A stretch of 62,258 bases of DNA, counting the filler, from Hausera hauseri (lineage: Eukaryota): NCBI GenBank assembly GCA_046269625.1. It is 9 parts of 9 records of this genome, joined end to end, with 100 filler letters (N's around TTAATTAATTAA, not from the genome) between each part and the next. Parts side by side here need not be neighbours in the genome. Positions count along the whole stretch, not along the records: positions 23,228 to 31,099 come from JBJURY010899316.1; positions 31,200 to 36,535 come from JBJURY010276173.1; positions 36,636 to 41,952 come from JBJURY010281618.1; 6 more parts are not named here. One strand, 5' to 3'. The translations under genes and the position numbers were made by a program. How positions within the stretch are numbered: position 1 is the first letter of the stretch; every line of letters starts with the position of its first letter. The notes under the pieces were generated by a model. It ran no database searches, had not been told where the DNA came from, and saw only the letters and a list, made by a program, of their open reading frames with translations. Positions 25,250 to 37,593 of the stretch are shown piece after piece.

Positions 25250-27050
25250 TTTTTTCGCCAGTCCTGGAACTGTGTATTAGGGACAGTTATGAGTCGCCGC
25301 TCACACTGCACCTCCGTCCCTTCATTATCAATAACTCATGCCAATATTCAAATACTCGCATTCCTAAATCACTTGTTAGTGTCTTGTCCTCTAAGATTTT
25401 CCCGTCTTACTGTGACTATCATAATCCGATTAACGCGGTGCGTATTTTTCTCTGGATCCATTGGATTTATTTTCGCCTGGATCTTCTAGTGAAAATTGTC
25501 TCCTGATCTCTGGGTAGTGAGATCGGATGTCCGCGTATTTTTCTCTGCGTAAATATTAGTAATCCACTGACAACCGGACAAATTGTATAAGTCTTTAACT
25601 GTCCCATGATCCTATTAGTGCTGGATGTGAATTTTATGAATGAAAATTGTGCTTGTTTATAGAGCCTTTTCGCAATAGTACATTGTTTAATATACTTTAT
25701 ATACTTTAGGTATATTTTAGATCGCAATTTCGTAGGTTCGGCTCTCAACACTGGCGGGTGGAATTCTTCCAAAACGCCTTCTGTTTCTACCCAGTCTCAA
25801 AAATGTGGGTACCGGACACCTTTCTCTGAGAAAGGATAGACGACCTTGCGCTATGATGCTGACCACATAACCTAGTTATGTGCCATTGTTCCAAAACAAA
25901 CTGGACACAAACTCCACATTCCACTATTTGCATGACTGTGAACCTTTTCTTAAAGGATTGTTAATTTTATCTTTTATCGATGTCCACCTGCTTGGGGATC
26001 TCGATATGCGAAACTTTTAAACCAGAACTCCGAGTTTATATTTTGTCTTTCATGATGCTAGATATTATACATTCGCTAGGATTACTAAGAACCTATGCTT
26101 TTTTTCTCTTTAATTCCAACAGTGGAAGATAAACATTTTTTTCATGTTTATCAAAACTGTATCATTCTCGTAAAAGTTGATAGTTTAACATCAGACCTCT
26201 CTACGAGTGTATTCACGGTACCATAACTCAATTGTCGTTGATACTGGAGATGGAGCATACACTCTGTCTAGTTGAAACGCATGGTCAGCTCATAACAAAT
26301 TGTTTGTTCTCCTATTTTTCCTTCGCCACTGTTAAATTCTTTCTTTCTTTCTTTTTTGCTTCTGCCAGTCACTGGTTCTACCTTGTTTACGCTGTTTGTC
26401 GTTGCTAGTATTTTGTTTTCTAACCCAGAGACTGCTACAGTGCATCTACGATTTCCTTGCCCTGTGATTGCAAGTAAAGAGGAAATCTAAGATAAATGCT
26501 AACACCCTAAGTGTCTCTGGTTGACGAGCTGGGCGCTGGTCACTTCACAATAGCTTTCATTTGACAACGCCTTAGGAAATCTGGAAAATCAAATGCACCT
26601 GGAAAATATCTAGTATACTCCATCCCCAAATGACAATATCTCTAATCTAAAAAAAGCCTGACCATTAGTTTTCTAACAAATTAACGAATCAGAATTATGG
26701 TACGACTGTCCCTTTGTAGATAGATTATTGGCACATTGCGGAAACAATCTGGGTAAGAACAACTCCGCCTACAACAATTTGGTACCACTTAAGAGAATGA
26801 CAGATGTTGACAATATTGGGCATTTGGTCTGCGGGTATATAAAAGTTGCTGAGACATTTTTAAACATAATTGGATAAAATTTCATCAAACCGCTACGAGG
26901 GAAAACAAGGTGTAATTCCGTAGTACGAGCCGCAGCTTCATCGATAATCAAAACTTAACCAACATGAGTAGTGAATATTCGTTCTTTATATTATCAAACA
27001 CTTTTTGCTGAATAATATTTTTGTATGAATTACATTTTCTTATAGAGCAT
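25250..27050 (-). mobile_element. Highly decayed non-LTR (RTE-like) retrotransposon remnant
   Basis: Scattered minus-strand RT-like fragments (..VIDNEGTE..ERRL..; GVR..; EEFHPP). Many stops; boundaries approximate. Confidence 0.4.
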
Positions 27051-27989
27051 TCTTATTTTCTGTTTAACACTACAACATAGCGTCTTCTAATCTAGTCCAA
27101 CATTGTTATCTTTTGTTCAATAACTTAGACTAATTAACAATTGTTTAATCATCGAAAATTGTTACCTTCTGTTTTATATTTTGGCATAACTCAATTTTTA
27201 TCATTCAATATTCTCATCTTTTGTTGAATGTTTTCAAGTAAAATTTTTTTTTTAATCATCCAGATTTCTTGTTTTTTTTTTTTTTTTTTTGTGTTATACA
27301 AAACTTCTGCTATTATTTGAAATGAAAATCGTATCACCTTGTTCACATTTTAGCACAACTTCTGCTATCATCCGGAATTCGTGTCTTGCATTTAATGGTG
27401 TAGCATAACTGTTCATATCATCCAATATTCCCGTCTCGCATTTAATATTTTATCACAACTTCTGCTCATGTCAACCACCATTTGTGTCATCTATTAAAGC
27501 GCATACAGAATTTTAGTATCAAACATATTTATCGTGGTCACGATTACAAATGTTTGAGAACTGCGTCCTAAAATTTCTGGACATGTCATCGAAGGAAATT
27601 TGGACACATGGAGAATTAGAAGTTTTAAAGAAGTCCACGATCTGGGTAAATCACCTTCGATTTAAACCGATGGATTGAGATGGCTGACACATAATAAAAG
27701 AACAGAAGGCAAGAGACGGACCAGACAAGACAATCCACAGAAAGTGCTGGTTAGAAGACCAAGAGAAAGAAAATATGTACTGTCAAAGTGGAGTTAGACC
27801 TGCAGGGATTACAAATCAGGACATTGAAACAAATAGGCCAAAGATAGAGCGAGCGATCAAAACTTACTTGTATCACGATTAAAAAAAAATACACGTTATC
27901 GAGTTTTTATAGTTTTGCTGTGAAACAATAATAATAATAAAGATAATAATAATAAAACATGTTTTGGGCTACAATAGGCCAGGTCCCTT

Positions 27990-28131
27990 GGCAGATCTGA
28001 AGGTTGGGGCGGGGCTAAATTAACATTTTATAATAAGTATTAAAATCAGCAATATTAATAATAGAAATGATGGTAACGTTTTTGAGCTAGGCCTATATTT
28101 CCGCCGCCCATATGTCCCTCCCAGATCCGCC
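27990..28131. mobile_element. Putative MITE (GGCAGATCTG ... CAGATCCGCC inverted termini)
   Basis: Imperfect ~10-bp terminal inverted repeats plus inner GGGGCGG/CCGCCGCCC complementarity. Confidence 0.4.
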
Positions 28132-28569
28132 TACGAATAAGCCTACAATGTGAGGTGATCTCATGATCTCCACATCACCAAGTTCAGCTCTTCTGGATTA
28201 ACTCCAAGAAGGGCTGTTACAGCCTTAAGAAGCACTATGGAGGAGGGAGATTGAGTTTCCTGCTGTCCTGGAAGTGTCTGGGAGATGACCAAGAACCCCC
28301 AGGCTATAGTCCAATACTTGATCTCCTGCCGTTGCATGAGTACAACAACACCGACGTGGGATCTTGGCTTACTAGATACATCAGCCCTGGCAGTGTGCAT
28401 CAGGATCAGCTATAGGTCGCCGACCACACAGCAATGTTGAGTGAATTTGACGTATTTATCTAGCATCCTTCATTCATTGCACCAGCCATGTGGCCGTCTT
28501 ATGTATTCGCCATAGAATTGGGTTTTTATAATAATAATAACAATAATAATAATAATAATAAATTGGATT

Positions 28570-28730
28570 AATAAGGGGTGAGAATTGGGCATGTAGATCC
28601 GTCTGTTCTTTATGTTGCCCAGGTTGTTCTTCTTAACTGCTTTTTTCCTGCTCAACTGATTCTAGGAAAAATCTACGCCAGTGCAGAAATGTAAACAGGC
28701 AATACAGCCTAATTCTCAACCCTGGTTAAA
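28570..28730. mobile_element. Putative MITE with ~30-bp imperfect inverted repeats
   Basis: GGGTGAGAATTGGGCATGTA..CTGTT (~28577) versus AAACAGGCAATACAGCCTAATTCTCAACCC (~28693-28722). Confidence 0.5.
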
Positions 28731-29336
28731 TAAAGATCTTATCTTATCTTATCCTATCATTCCGTATATCCAACAGACATTCCATGCAGCCTGTAGCTTA
28801 GTTTATTTAAAATCACTGTTTTGCCATGTTTAGTATCAACCCACATCCACCAGCAAACCCCCCCCCCCCCTCACCCGGCACAAATCAATATTTTGTCCCA
28901 CACAATAAAAAGGCTAAAAAGTCTGGGTAATACAAAAGCATGATTCCATGAGTAATCATTCATGCGTACAACTCAGGATTACTTCGACAATATGCTTAGT
29001 GAAATCAACACCCATATATTTTGTAGTATTTCTTTGTTAGTTGAGGCATGTAAAACTTTGAGGAGGGTTATGGATACATTTTATATGTATCAAAAGGCAT
29101 TCAGCGTACTGGTATCTCCACAACTACTTCCTGCAGTCATTTTTATGACTACAACAGCCCTTTTCAGGGCTCATCCAAAAGAACTGACTGCTCATTATCA
29201 GATTCCTACCTTAGACATAATCTTGACAGTATTATGGAGTTTACGAGGTGAGTAGCAGGAAATAAAAAACACGAACTTTGATGTGATGAAATAAACCATA
29301 AATAAATGTCTCCATTCACCCTGCCGTTTGAATATG

Positions 29337-29415
29337 CATTCATTCATTCATTCATTCATTCATTCATTCATTCATTCATTCATTCATTCATTCATTCATT
29401 CATTCATTCATTCAT
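29337..29415 (+). repeat. (CATT)n microsatellite, ~20 units
   Basis: Direct reading. Confidence 0.99.
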
Positions 29416-29457
29416 GCATTAAATCCGTACATCAGTCATTCAAATTCTTTTTAACAG

Positions 29458-30188
29458 ATGCAGTTATTCATTTGTTCACACATTAATTCATTTGCTCATT
29501 CAAACACAATGTATTGATAGTAATGTCATATTTGATTTCACAGAGAGAGCCATTTTTGGACCAACCACTGAACAAAAAGTCAACAGCTTTTGTAATATGC
29601 CAACCATCGGGCAAAGAAGCGGCTACAGCCGTGATCGGCCAGCCACCCAAAAAATAGCTAATTATATCTCTGATCTCCCCACCTGTGAGGAAATAAATGA
29701 CAGGACTTACATTCCAATCAATCAAGACATCATTAACTGCAACTGTGGCTTTGATGTGCCTACCAGTCAACAAACAGTCTGGTGCGGTTATGAGGAGCTA
29801 ACCAGTCAAAAAACTGTTAAATGGCGTTTTAATTTGCCAGGGAGTTCAGAAGTATTCAACAACAGATTTCATCTGCCAGCCAGTCAAGACATTTTCAGTT
29901 ACTACTTTAAGGTGCTAACCAGTCAAGAAACTGTCAACTTCTGTTCTGAATTGAAGAGCAGCCAAGACATAGTTAACTTCTGCCTCAATCCAACTGGACT
30001 TGATATAACGAACTTATTCTATAATCTTCCAAGCAGTGAAGAAATTAGCAACTACTGTCCTAAACTTCCAGAAAGTGAAGAAGGAGTTACCAACAACTTT
30101 AGTGGTCTTCCAAAAATGAACCATAAAACAACTCTAAGCTCTAATCTGCCACAGGAAACAGAAGAACCTTTTGAAATTTGGCTCAAAG
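29458..30188 (+). CDS. Putative internal exon encoding ~11 copies of a 13-aa repeat (consensus ~LPxSQEIVNxxx)
   Basis: Bounded by TTTTTAACAG and AAG|GTGAGG, and open throughout (ORF 29492-30289). A possible upstream 80-nt exon lies at 29169-29248 (TTTTCAG..GAG|GTGAGT). Confidence 0.55.
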
Positions 30189-30299
30189 GTGAGGGACATT
30201 GCATATTTCTTTTGCATTCTTTCAAATATTTATCACCATCGTTTGATTTGATCTGCATTATTTTTATAAACTTTTCCAATTTGTATTGAACCCCACATT

Positions 30300-31099
30300 G
30301 TTCAACGTAAATAACTCTTGGCTACAGCCGAGAGAGCAAGTAGCAAAGGAAATGAATAGCTACAATACTACAATATAAACATACTAGGAATTTGTTAACA
30401 ATGTGAATATGATCAGGACCTAAGAGACTGAGCTCAAAGAAAAAGAAAATCAAAATGAATGTGATCCAGTGTTATTCACCAACAAATAATAGTGAAGAAA
30501 CAACAAAAGAATAATTCTACAGAAAGCTGGACTCAGTGTGCAAAACTTGTCCATTGAGAGATGTTAACATCATAATCGGGGATCTGAATGCAATAACTGG
30601 TGACGATAATAAGGGATATGAAGTCATAATGGGTTGCAGTGGACTTGGGAGAATAAACGAAAATGGAGGAAGTTTTGTAGTCTTCTGTGTATCATATAGC
30701 TTGGTTATAGGAGGTAGGGTTTTTTCCTCACAAAAGGATACACAAAGCAACCTGGGTGTCACCGGATCATAGGACAGAAAACCAGATTGATGACAAGTGT
30801 ATTAACAAACGATTCATGAGGACCTTCGAAGATGTGAGGGTAAAAAGGGGAGCAGATGTAGCCGCAGACCACCATTTAGTAGTGGCAAAACTGAAAATTA
30901 AACAGATAAAAGATAAAAGAGCAATCACAAAACCAGAAATACAATATCCAGTATATAAATGACACGCAAAAATTATAATAAAAAATTACTGACAAAAAAT
31001 AATTCCATGTACTACAAGACGTACTGGAGGAAGAAGACTGTGGAAAATAGATGGACCAAAATAAAAGAAACATCCACATCAACTTGCAAAGAAATATTA
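30300..31099 (+). mobile_element. RTE-clade LINE endonuclease (APE) remnant
   Basis: Motifs IIIGDLNA, LGRINENG, SPDHRTENQID and VRVKRGADVAADHHLVVAKLK. Confidence 0.92.
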
Positions 31100-31199
31100 N
31101 NNNNNNNNNNNNNNNNNNNNNNNNNNNNNNNNNNNNNNNNNNNTTAATTAATTAANNNNNNNNNNNNNNNNNNNNNNNNNNNNNNNNNNNNNNNNNNNN

Positions 31200-34100
31200 G
31201 GGTTTTTAATGATTTTTGTTGAATTAATTGTTTTTTGTCGTTTCACTGGAACTCACTTTTTACTGATGTAATGATTGGTTGACGGGTTTATGAGATAGAT
31301 TATCTCAGATTAATTTTATTTAACATCAGAACCTCTGACGTGCTCCTTCAGGTGCGTTTGGTTTCTTCTGCTCATGATGGAATATTACTATGTAATAAAG
31401 CTGTTTATGACAGAAATAAACTCAAATTTCAGGTCATTTGTGTCTTTTATTGATTTATTTGGCTCAATTAAATACTTTAGATGTCAACCAAACAAACAAA
31501 TACAATCAGTTCTAACCGTAGCTGAAGATACCATTACATTAGAAAAGCTAGCATAGCTAGCCGACAAAAGTCATGAGATTCTGCATTCACACACATCACC
31601 GATTGGCGCCGCTACATTACAAACATCTCCAACACAATCTAATGCAGAAATTGCGGCATTAAATAATCAGATAAATTCTATACGTACTGAAAACGCCGCA
31701 ATATAGCAGGCAATTTGAGTCCTGATATCAAAACTGGATGTTCTATTTATGCCGAGACGAGATGCTTTCGCGGCGGACCGTAGCCGCACTTCGTCACAAA
31801 ATTCTAGATCTATGAGGTCTTCTGTGCGATTGATGGTATGTTATTATCACAACAAAATCAAAAGCAACGCTAATAAATGTTGCTTAGGTTGCAAATTTTA
31901 TGCATCTACACTACGAACACCCGACATTGTCTGCATATATTACAATTAATCCAACAACAAAGCTCCTAAGTGCATTACTGTCTGCATATTTTCTACTCCA
32001 CCCAATTCACCTTACCGTCACCCTTCAAACAACGCAAAACTTCCACCTTCAAAAAACTTATAAAGCCGTCAGATGTTTCGGCACATAATGGCAAAAGCAA
32101 TTCTTTTCATTCTAACAGCCGCATATACACCGTCTTCATGCTAATTGCCGTTTTATTTACTAAACCAAAGCAATCAATTAGTTTCTTGATTGATTCAGTG
32201 GCGGACGTCTCCCTTTTGCCCCTATCCATTAAAATACCAATCACATCTCCGTCAACTACTAAATTATATACAGCAAACAGTCAAGCCTTGCGTGTGCTAG
32301 GCACTTCCAAAATTTCTTTTAAATTACAATCTTTTCACGACATTTTCACGTGGACTTTTATCGTGGCTGATACCCAATCACCCATACCGTAACGAGTTTT
32401 TCTGTCTTTTTATAACTTCTTTGTAGAATGCAGACAACGTCGGATTGTTAAAAATACTCAACAAATGCAACGGGTACAAATAACTCTACCGGTTGCACAG
32501 CCTACCTCATCTGTCAAATTTATATTAAAAAGCTCATCAATTAGTGTAAATACGAACTTTAATAATATCATTTTGAATAATTTTATGTTTTCGTCAAATT
32601 TTGATATTAACCATACAAAAAACGTTGACAAAGACGATTTAGGCAGTTCCGTATCCGCCGTTTCTTGCACAACAACCAATCAGTCACCTGTTTTGTCAAC
32701 AACAGCATTTACTTCACTGAGTCGTGAAATACAGAAATACGTAACTAAGCCTTGCTTCCAAACCATCAAAAAAGAGCCAACATTTCGACCAGCTGGCACG
32801 GCGTTCTATCATATCATCACCGGAAATTCTAAGCCCATCAGTCAAAACCTCCAACCACTTTAACCACACCGTCGAAAGGCAGTACAAGCATAATCCTATG
32901 CTCTCGAACAAGCAGGCATTATGCGCCGTGTGAAATCGTCATGGGCATCTCCACTTCATGTTGTACCAAAAAAGATGGCACATTCTATCGATGTGGAGAT
33001 TATGGTCAAGTTAATAACGTTACGACCATGGACGCATATCCATTACCACTCATATAGTAAATCCTGCATTCACGTCACAAAACCACCATCTATTCCACCA
33101 TAGATCTTGTAAAGGCCCATCACCAGATACAAGTAGCTCCAGATAACATTAAGACATTGTCATAATCACACCTATCGGTCTCTGAATGTGCATTCATGCC
33201 GTTCAGCTTAAAAAATGCAGCACAAACATTTCAAATGCACATAGACTTTTTCTAGACATTTTCTATCTTTTCAGGTTTACCATTCACATATCCATACATC
33301 GACGATATACGGGTCGCATCAACTTCGTCTAGCAGCACAAAGAACACCTTAAACTAGTTTTCCAACGATTGCACAATAACAAATTGCATGTCAATTTCAC
33401 TAAATACTCATTCTTTCAGAAAAAGTAAACTTTCTCGGCCACATTATCACACTTGACGGACATAGTCCACAGCCTAATAGAGTCCAACAATTAAGAAATG
33501 TAGAATTACCCAAAACCACAACAGATATGCGCAGTTTTCTCTGAACCTTGCATTTTATCGACAAATGCGTACAACACTGAAGTTAGTTAACTGCCCCTTT
33601 CGCTTAACTAGGAGTAGAAAAGAAAACAGCCTTTGTACCGGACGCCAGACCTTGTAAACTAATTTTACGAGCTGCGTAACAGACTCAAAACAGTTGAGAT
33701 CTTAACTTACTCTAGCACTGGCGCTGATCTTATCCTAACAACTGAGGCATCAACAACAAAGCCGGAGCAGTTTTTCATCAAACTTTTCAAGGCACAAACG
33801 AACCACTCAAATTTTTCTCATGAAAAGTACAACCACAAAAACATCACTATTCTACGTTTTATAGAGCATTGTTGGCCATCATTTTAGCTCTTAAACACTT
33901 TTCACACCACCTCATCGCTCGCTCCTTTACCATTTAAACTGCCTACAAGCCTCTTGTTCATGTAATGAGCATGAAAAATCCATCACCTCGGCAGGAACGT
34001 TATATTTCAACATTCAACTTTAAAATTTGCCATATTTCTGGCAAGGAAAATTTAATTGCTGACTTTTTGTCTCGGTCGGCTGGTGCGACAAGTGTTACAT

Positions 34101-35844
34101 CTATTTTCGCCAAAGATCAACTAATTCAAAACTCTCAAACCACTGAGATACTGAACCAATACAAAGCAGTCCAAATCATCGATGGCGTAGCCATGGACAC
34201 CTCGCAAACTTGGAATCACTTACCGATTTTAGCATAGCTCTTCAACAGACAGCTTTTAACCACGCTCATTCATTGCATCACCCAGGAGCGAAGGCTACAT
34301 TCCGCCTCCTTAAACGCCATGTAACACGACCATCGACGAGATCGGACGTACAGGGCTTGATTAGGCAATATGTGGCATGCCGAAAAAAAGCTAGACAGTT
34401 TAAGCTACCATTATTTATTTTTCCTATACATCTCTCTTCGAATCAGTCCATTTAGATATTGTTGGTCCTTTGCCATCCGATAATGGACATCGATTCGTTT
34501 TAACAATGATGGACCGAGCGTTTCGTTAGCCTGAGGCCATTCGCCTTCGCTCCATAAACACGGACTCCAGCGCCGATACTTTTATAATGATTTGCATTAG
34601 CAGGTACGATTCGCCACGTTATATTGTCACAGACCAAGGCACAAATTCATATGGAACTTATTCAAATCCTTATTTAATCGACTGGGCATAAACTACATCC
34701 ATACAACCCCATGACATCCCCAGTCGAACGGTTTACTGGAGCGTTTCAACAGAACACTTCAAATTTTAATAAAAATCTTAGCAGAAACTCATGTGAATTG
34801 GACTACCATCCTTCCATTCGTATTAGTTGGGTGGTGCAACACTCCATCTACAATCACAGGCTGCGCACACGCAGAAGCACTCTTCAGCACTACAATACGT
34901 GCACTTTTCGAACTAAGTGACTTAGACAGTACACCAACTGAGGAGACAATACGGTCTGCACAAAACCATTTCGTCCGGCTAAGTCAGGACTCCTTTTGCA
35001 AATTCATACATGGCGACAAGTCATAATTACCCGAATCGTTATTTAACGCAAAATTCTTTTGGTTGAAAAATCCTACACCATCTGGATTTCAACAACATTA
35101 CTTAGGATCATTTCAATTACTAAATGTAACCTCACACTTAGTTACGATAAATAATAACGGAAAAGAAAAAAACGTTCACATAATCAACGTCAAAACAGTA
35201 CTTTTGTTAATGACACTCCTGACTCATCGCCTAACCGCACACCAACTTTTCTACAGTACTTCAATCACTCATCGAAATTTAATCCTTCCTGTACCTTGCT
35301 AACACCTCAACCTATCACTTCAAAATCACCGACAACTCAAACAAATGCACTAATCAACGTACTGGCCCGTCCTCAATCTGCTAATATTTCACATTACGAC
35401 ACAATGTCACCTCAACCATTTCAGCAGACAGCTAAACAACAAATCAGAGAACGCATGTCAGTTACATTCAGAAAGTACAGTAGGGAACAAAATATCGACA
35501 CAGTACAACGTCTGGTACATACAAAATCTGAATAAGACATAAACACTTCTCCTTTTTAGTGGTTTTATCCTTTCAGTTTTAATCCTTATTGTAACGTCGT
35601 GTTTGTTACGGGGGATAATATGGTTCCGCGGTTATGGGTGTCGCCACAACTTTTGGAAACCGGCTATCTTTCGGTGACATTAGACCGGCGTGCTGTTCGA
35701 TTGGACCGTCGCCCGACAGTTTTCGTACGGTTAGACGAATTGGGTCCTCTGCCAACATTTATTAACGTTGGTACAGTTAATGATGTTAAATGTCACGTGT
35801 CAAAATGCATACTGAATCCGATTTACAAATGGATGCATCACATA
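31200..35844 (+). mobile_element. Decayed Ty3/Gypsy element with PPT and 3' LTR
   Basis: gag remnant; PR FLIDSVADVS; RT SSWASPLHVVPKK..YIDD; ISGKENLIADFLSR; IN HSLHHPG, HLDIVGPLP and WTTILPFVL. PPT GGGGGATAA at 35610-35618; LTR ~35619-35844 ending ..CATCACATA. Confidence 0.93.
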
Positions 35845-36535
35845 TCCCTGAATCTGATGAAAGGTAACTCCTTTCAATAGCGCATGTGAAAGTATAACGA
35901 ATAAGCTCAGTACTTTTTCAAAATTCGGTAAGTGGAAAACTGAAATTTTATTCTTAACAAAAATGGTTGATTTCAAAAGAAAAAATTAGAGACATTATGT
36001 AGACACTAGCGAAAGTTCAATCGTAAATGACACCACTGCGATTACTACTGCCGGAGATCAAAACAACGTTCATACCGTTATGAACAATTGGGCTAGCGTG
36101 TTATCTAAATCTGAGAAAGCTGATCTGATTTAAAATTTTGTCAAAGATACCCCAAAAATTGTAGATATTACTTTAGAATTTTCGCGATTACGTAAGAGAT
36201 TATAAACACATCAAATTAGTGATCACATTGATGCAAATGTAAAAATCGATGAATTTAGACGAAGTCATCGGACTTTTGAGGTGTGTGTTAATAAAACATA
36301 ATCGACCAATAGAAGATTGTTAAATATTCAACAGGCTACCGGATATCACTATGATGGAAATTATCTTAATTCATGTAAACTGTATAGTGATATTTTGACT
36401 GATTCGTCCTCGACGTCTTCCGTTGATGAAGAAGTTCTCAGACAGTTTCAATACAGCATGATAATCTGTCTTAAGAAATAATGTAAATGGACTGACTTAG
36501 GAGAGATTCTTGGGCATGAGTATTCTCCCAGAACT
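35845..36535 (+). pseudogene. Decayed host gene with short introns, possibly a PIKK (DNA-PKcs-like) FAT-domain fragment
   Basis: A GT..AG mini-intron (~36280-36333) joins ..RTFE|ATGYHYDGNYLNSCKLYSDIL..IICLKK*CKWTDL, which resembles FAT-repeat E..GDY..A...Y / L..L..W..L. In-frame stops present. Confidence 0.35.
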
Positions 36536-36635
36536 NNNNNNNNNNNNNNNNNNNNNNNNNNNNNNNNNNNNNNNNNNNNTTAATTAATTAANNNNNNNNN
36601 NNNNNNNNNNNNNNNNNNNNNNNNNNNNNNNNNNN

Positions 36636-37322
36636 CTTCATCAACATTAGCAACGTATGCGTGCCTGTTGTTTATCCTCTCTCCATGTCTTTTCTGACTG
36701 TACCCTATCCTTTTGTAATTATCGGTATACGTATTTTGTCCTCTTCTGCTCTTGTCCAATTTTGTATAACATTCTTCTTCCCTGTGCCCTCTATTGTGAC
36801 ACCTATTGTATTTTATGTTTATGCAATTTCGCCTTATGTGTCCTTGCTGACCGCACCCGTAGCATATTATGGGTTTCCTTCCCGGGCAATTCCTGTTAAT
36901 GTATCCTTCTTTCCCGCAACCAAAACATCTTGGTGCTTGTTGGAGGTTGCATGTCCTGCTTGTATGCCAGTCCTTCTGGCACGATCAGAATTTCATCCTA
37001 TTCTTTGCCTGCGCATTTTACAGTTTGAAATCCTTCCTTTCCTGTCTTGGTTTGTCAAGTTTCATCACTGCCACATCCCGGTAACTCCGTCGACTCTCTA
37101 TAGTGTATTCTTTGACTGTGTCTATCTCTTGCGTCTTCTTTGCCACTTCCTGAACTTTCTGTATTTTCGCTTTGATTTGTTCTAAATTTTTTTCGTCGCT
37201 GCAAACAGGCACAGGACCTCGGTTTCCCAGTCTGTCTCTTATATATTTATGAAGTCGAAGTATCTCTCGCATTTTCCAGTAAAGGTTTCCACGTTGTCGC
37301 CTTTCTGGAATTCTCTCGGCAT
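36636..37322 (-). pseudogene. gag: gag of a second, nested LTR retrotransposon (internally deleted; up to 4 CCHC knuckles)
   Basis: MPREFQKGDNVETFTGKCERYFDF, followed by SCQKDWHTSRTC, CFGCGKEGYINRNC, CYGCGQQGHIRRNC and RCHNRGHREEEC. Confidence 0.85.
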
Positions 37323-37361
37323 CAACTTCTTCTCAAAGAAGTCTCTTGAAGCGTTGATCGC

Positions 37362-37593
37362 TGTGAGTAGATTGCGTCTATACCATCCCGACCTCAACAT
37401 CACTTGATGATTACAAGATTGATTTACCCATAAGATATTTATTATAAAAGTTGGTATAACAATTATCTTCTTCACTCATTAAATGAGTCTTATTTTCCTC
37501 CTTTCCTGAATTTCCCGACTTTCTATTGGCTATTTATTAAATTAACTTTAAATTGAATTTAAACATTAATATCCGTTTAAATTCCTCCTCACA
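37362..37593 (-). mobile_element. 232-bp 5' LTR of the nested element
   Basis: Termini TGTGAGGAG...CTACTCACA (8/9 inverted match), with internal TATA-like and AATAAA sequences. It truncates the glycoprotein just after the TM region. Confidence 0.8.
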
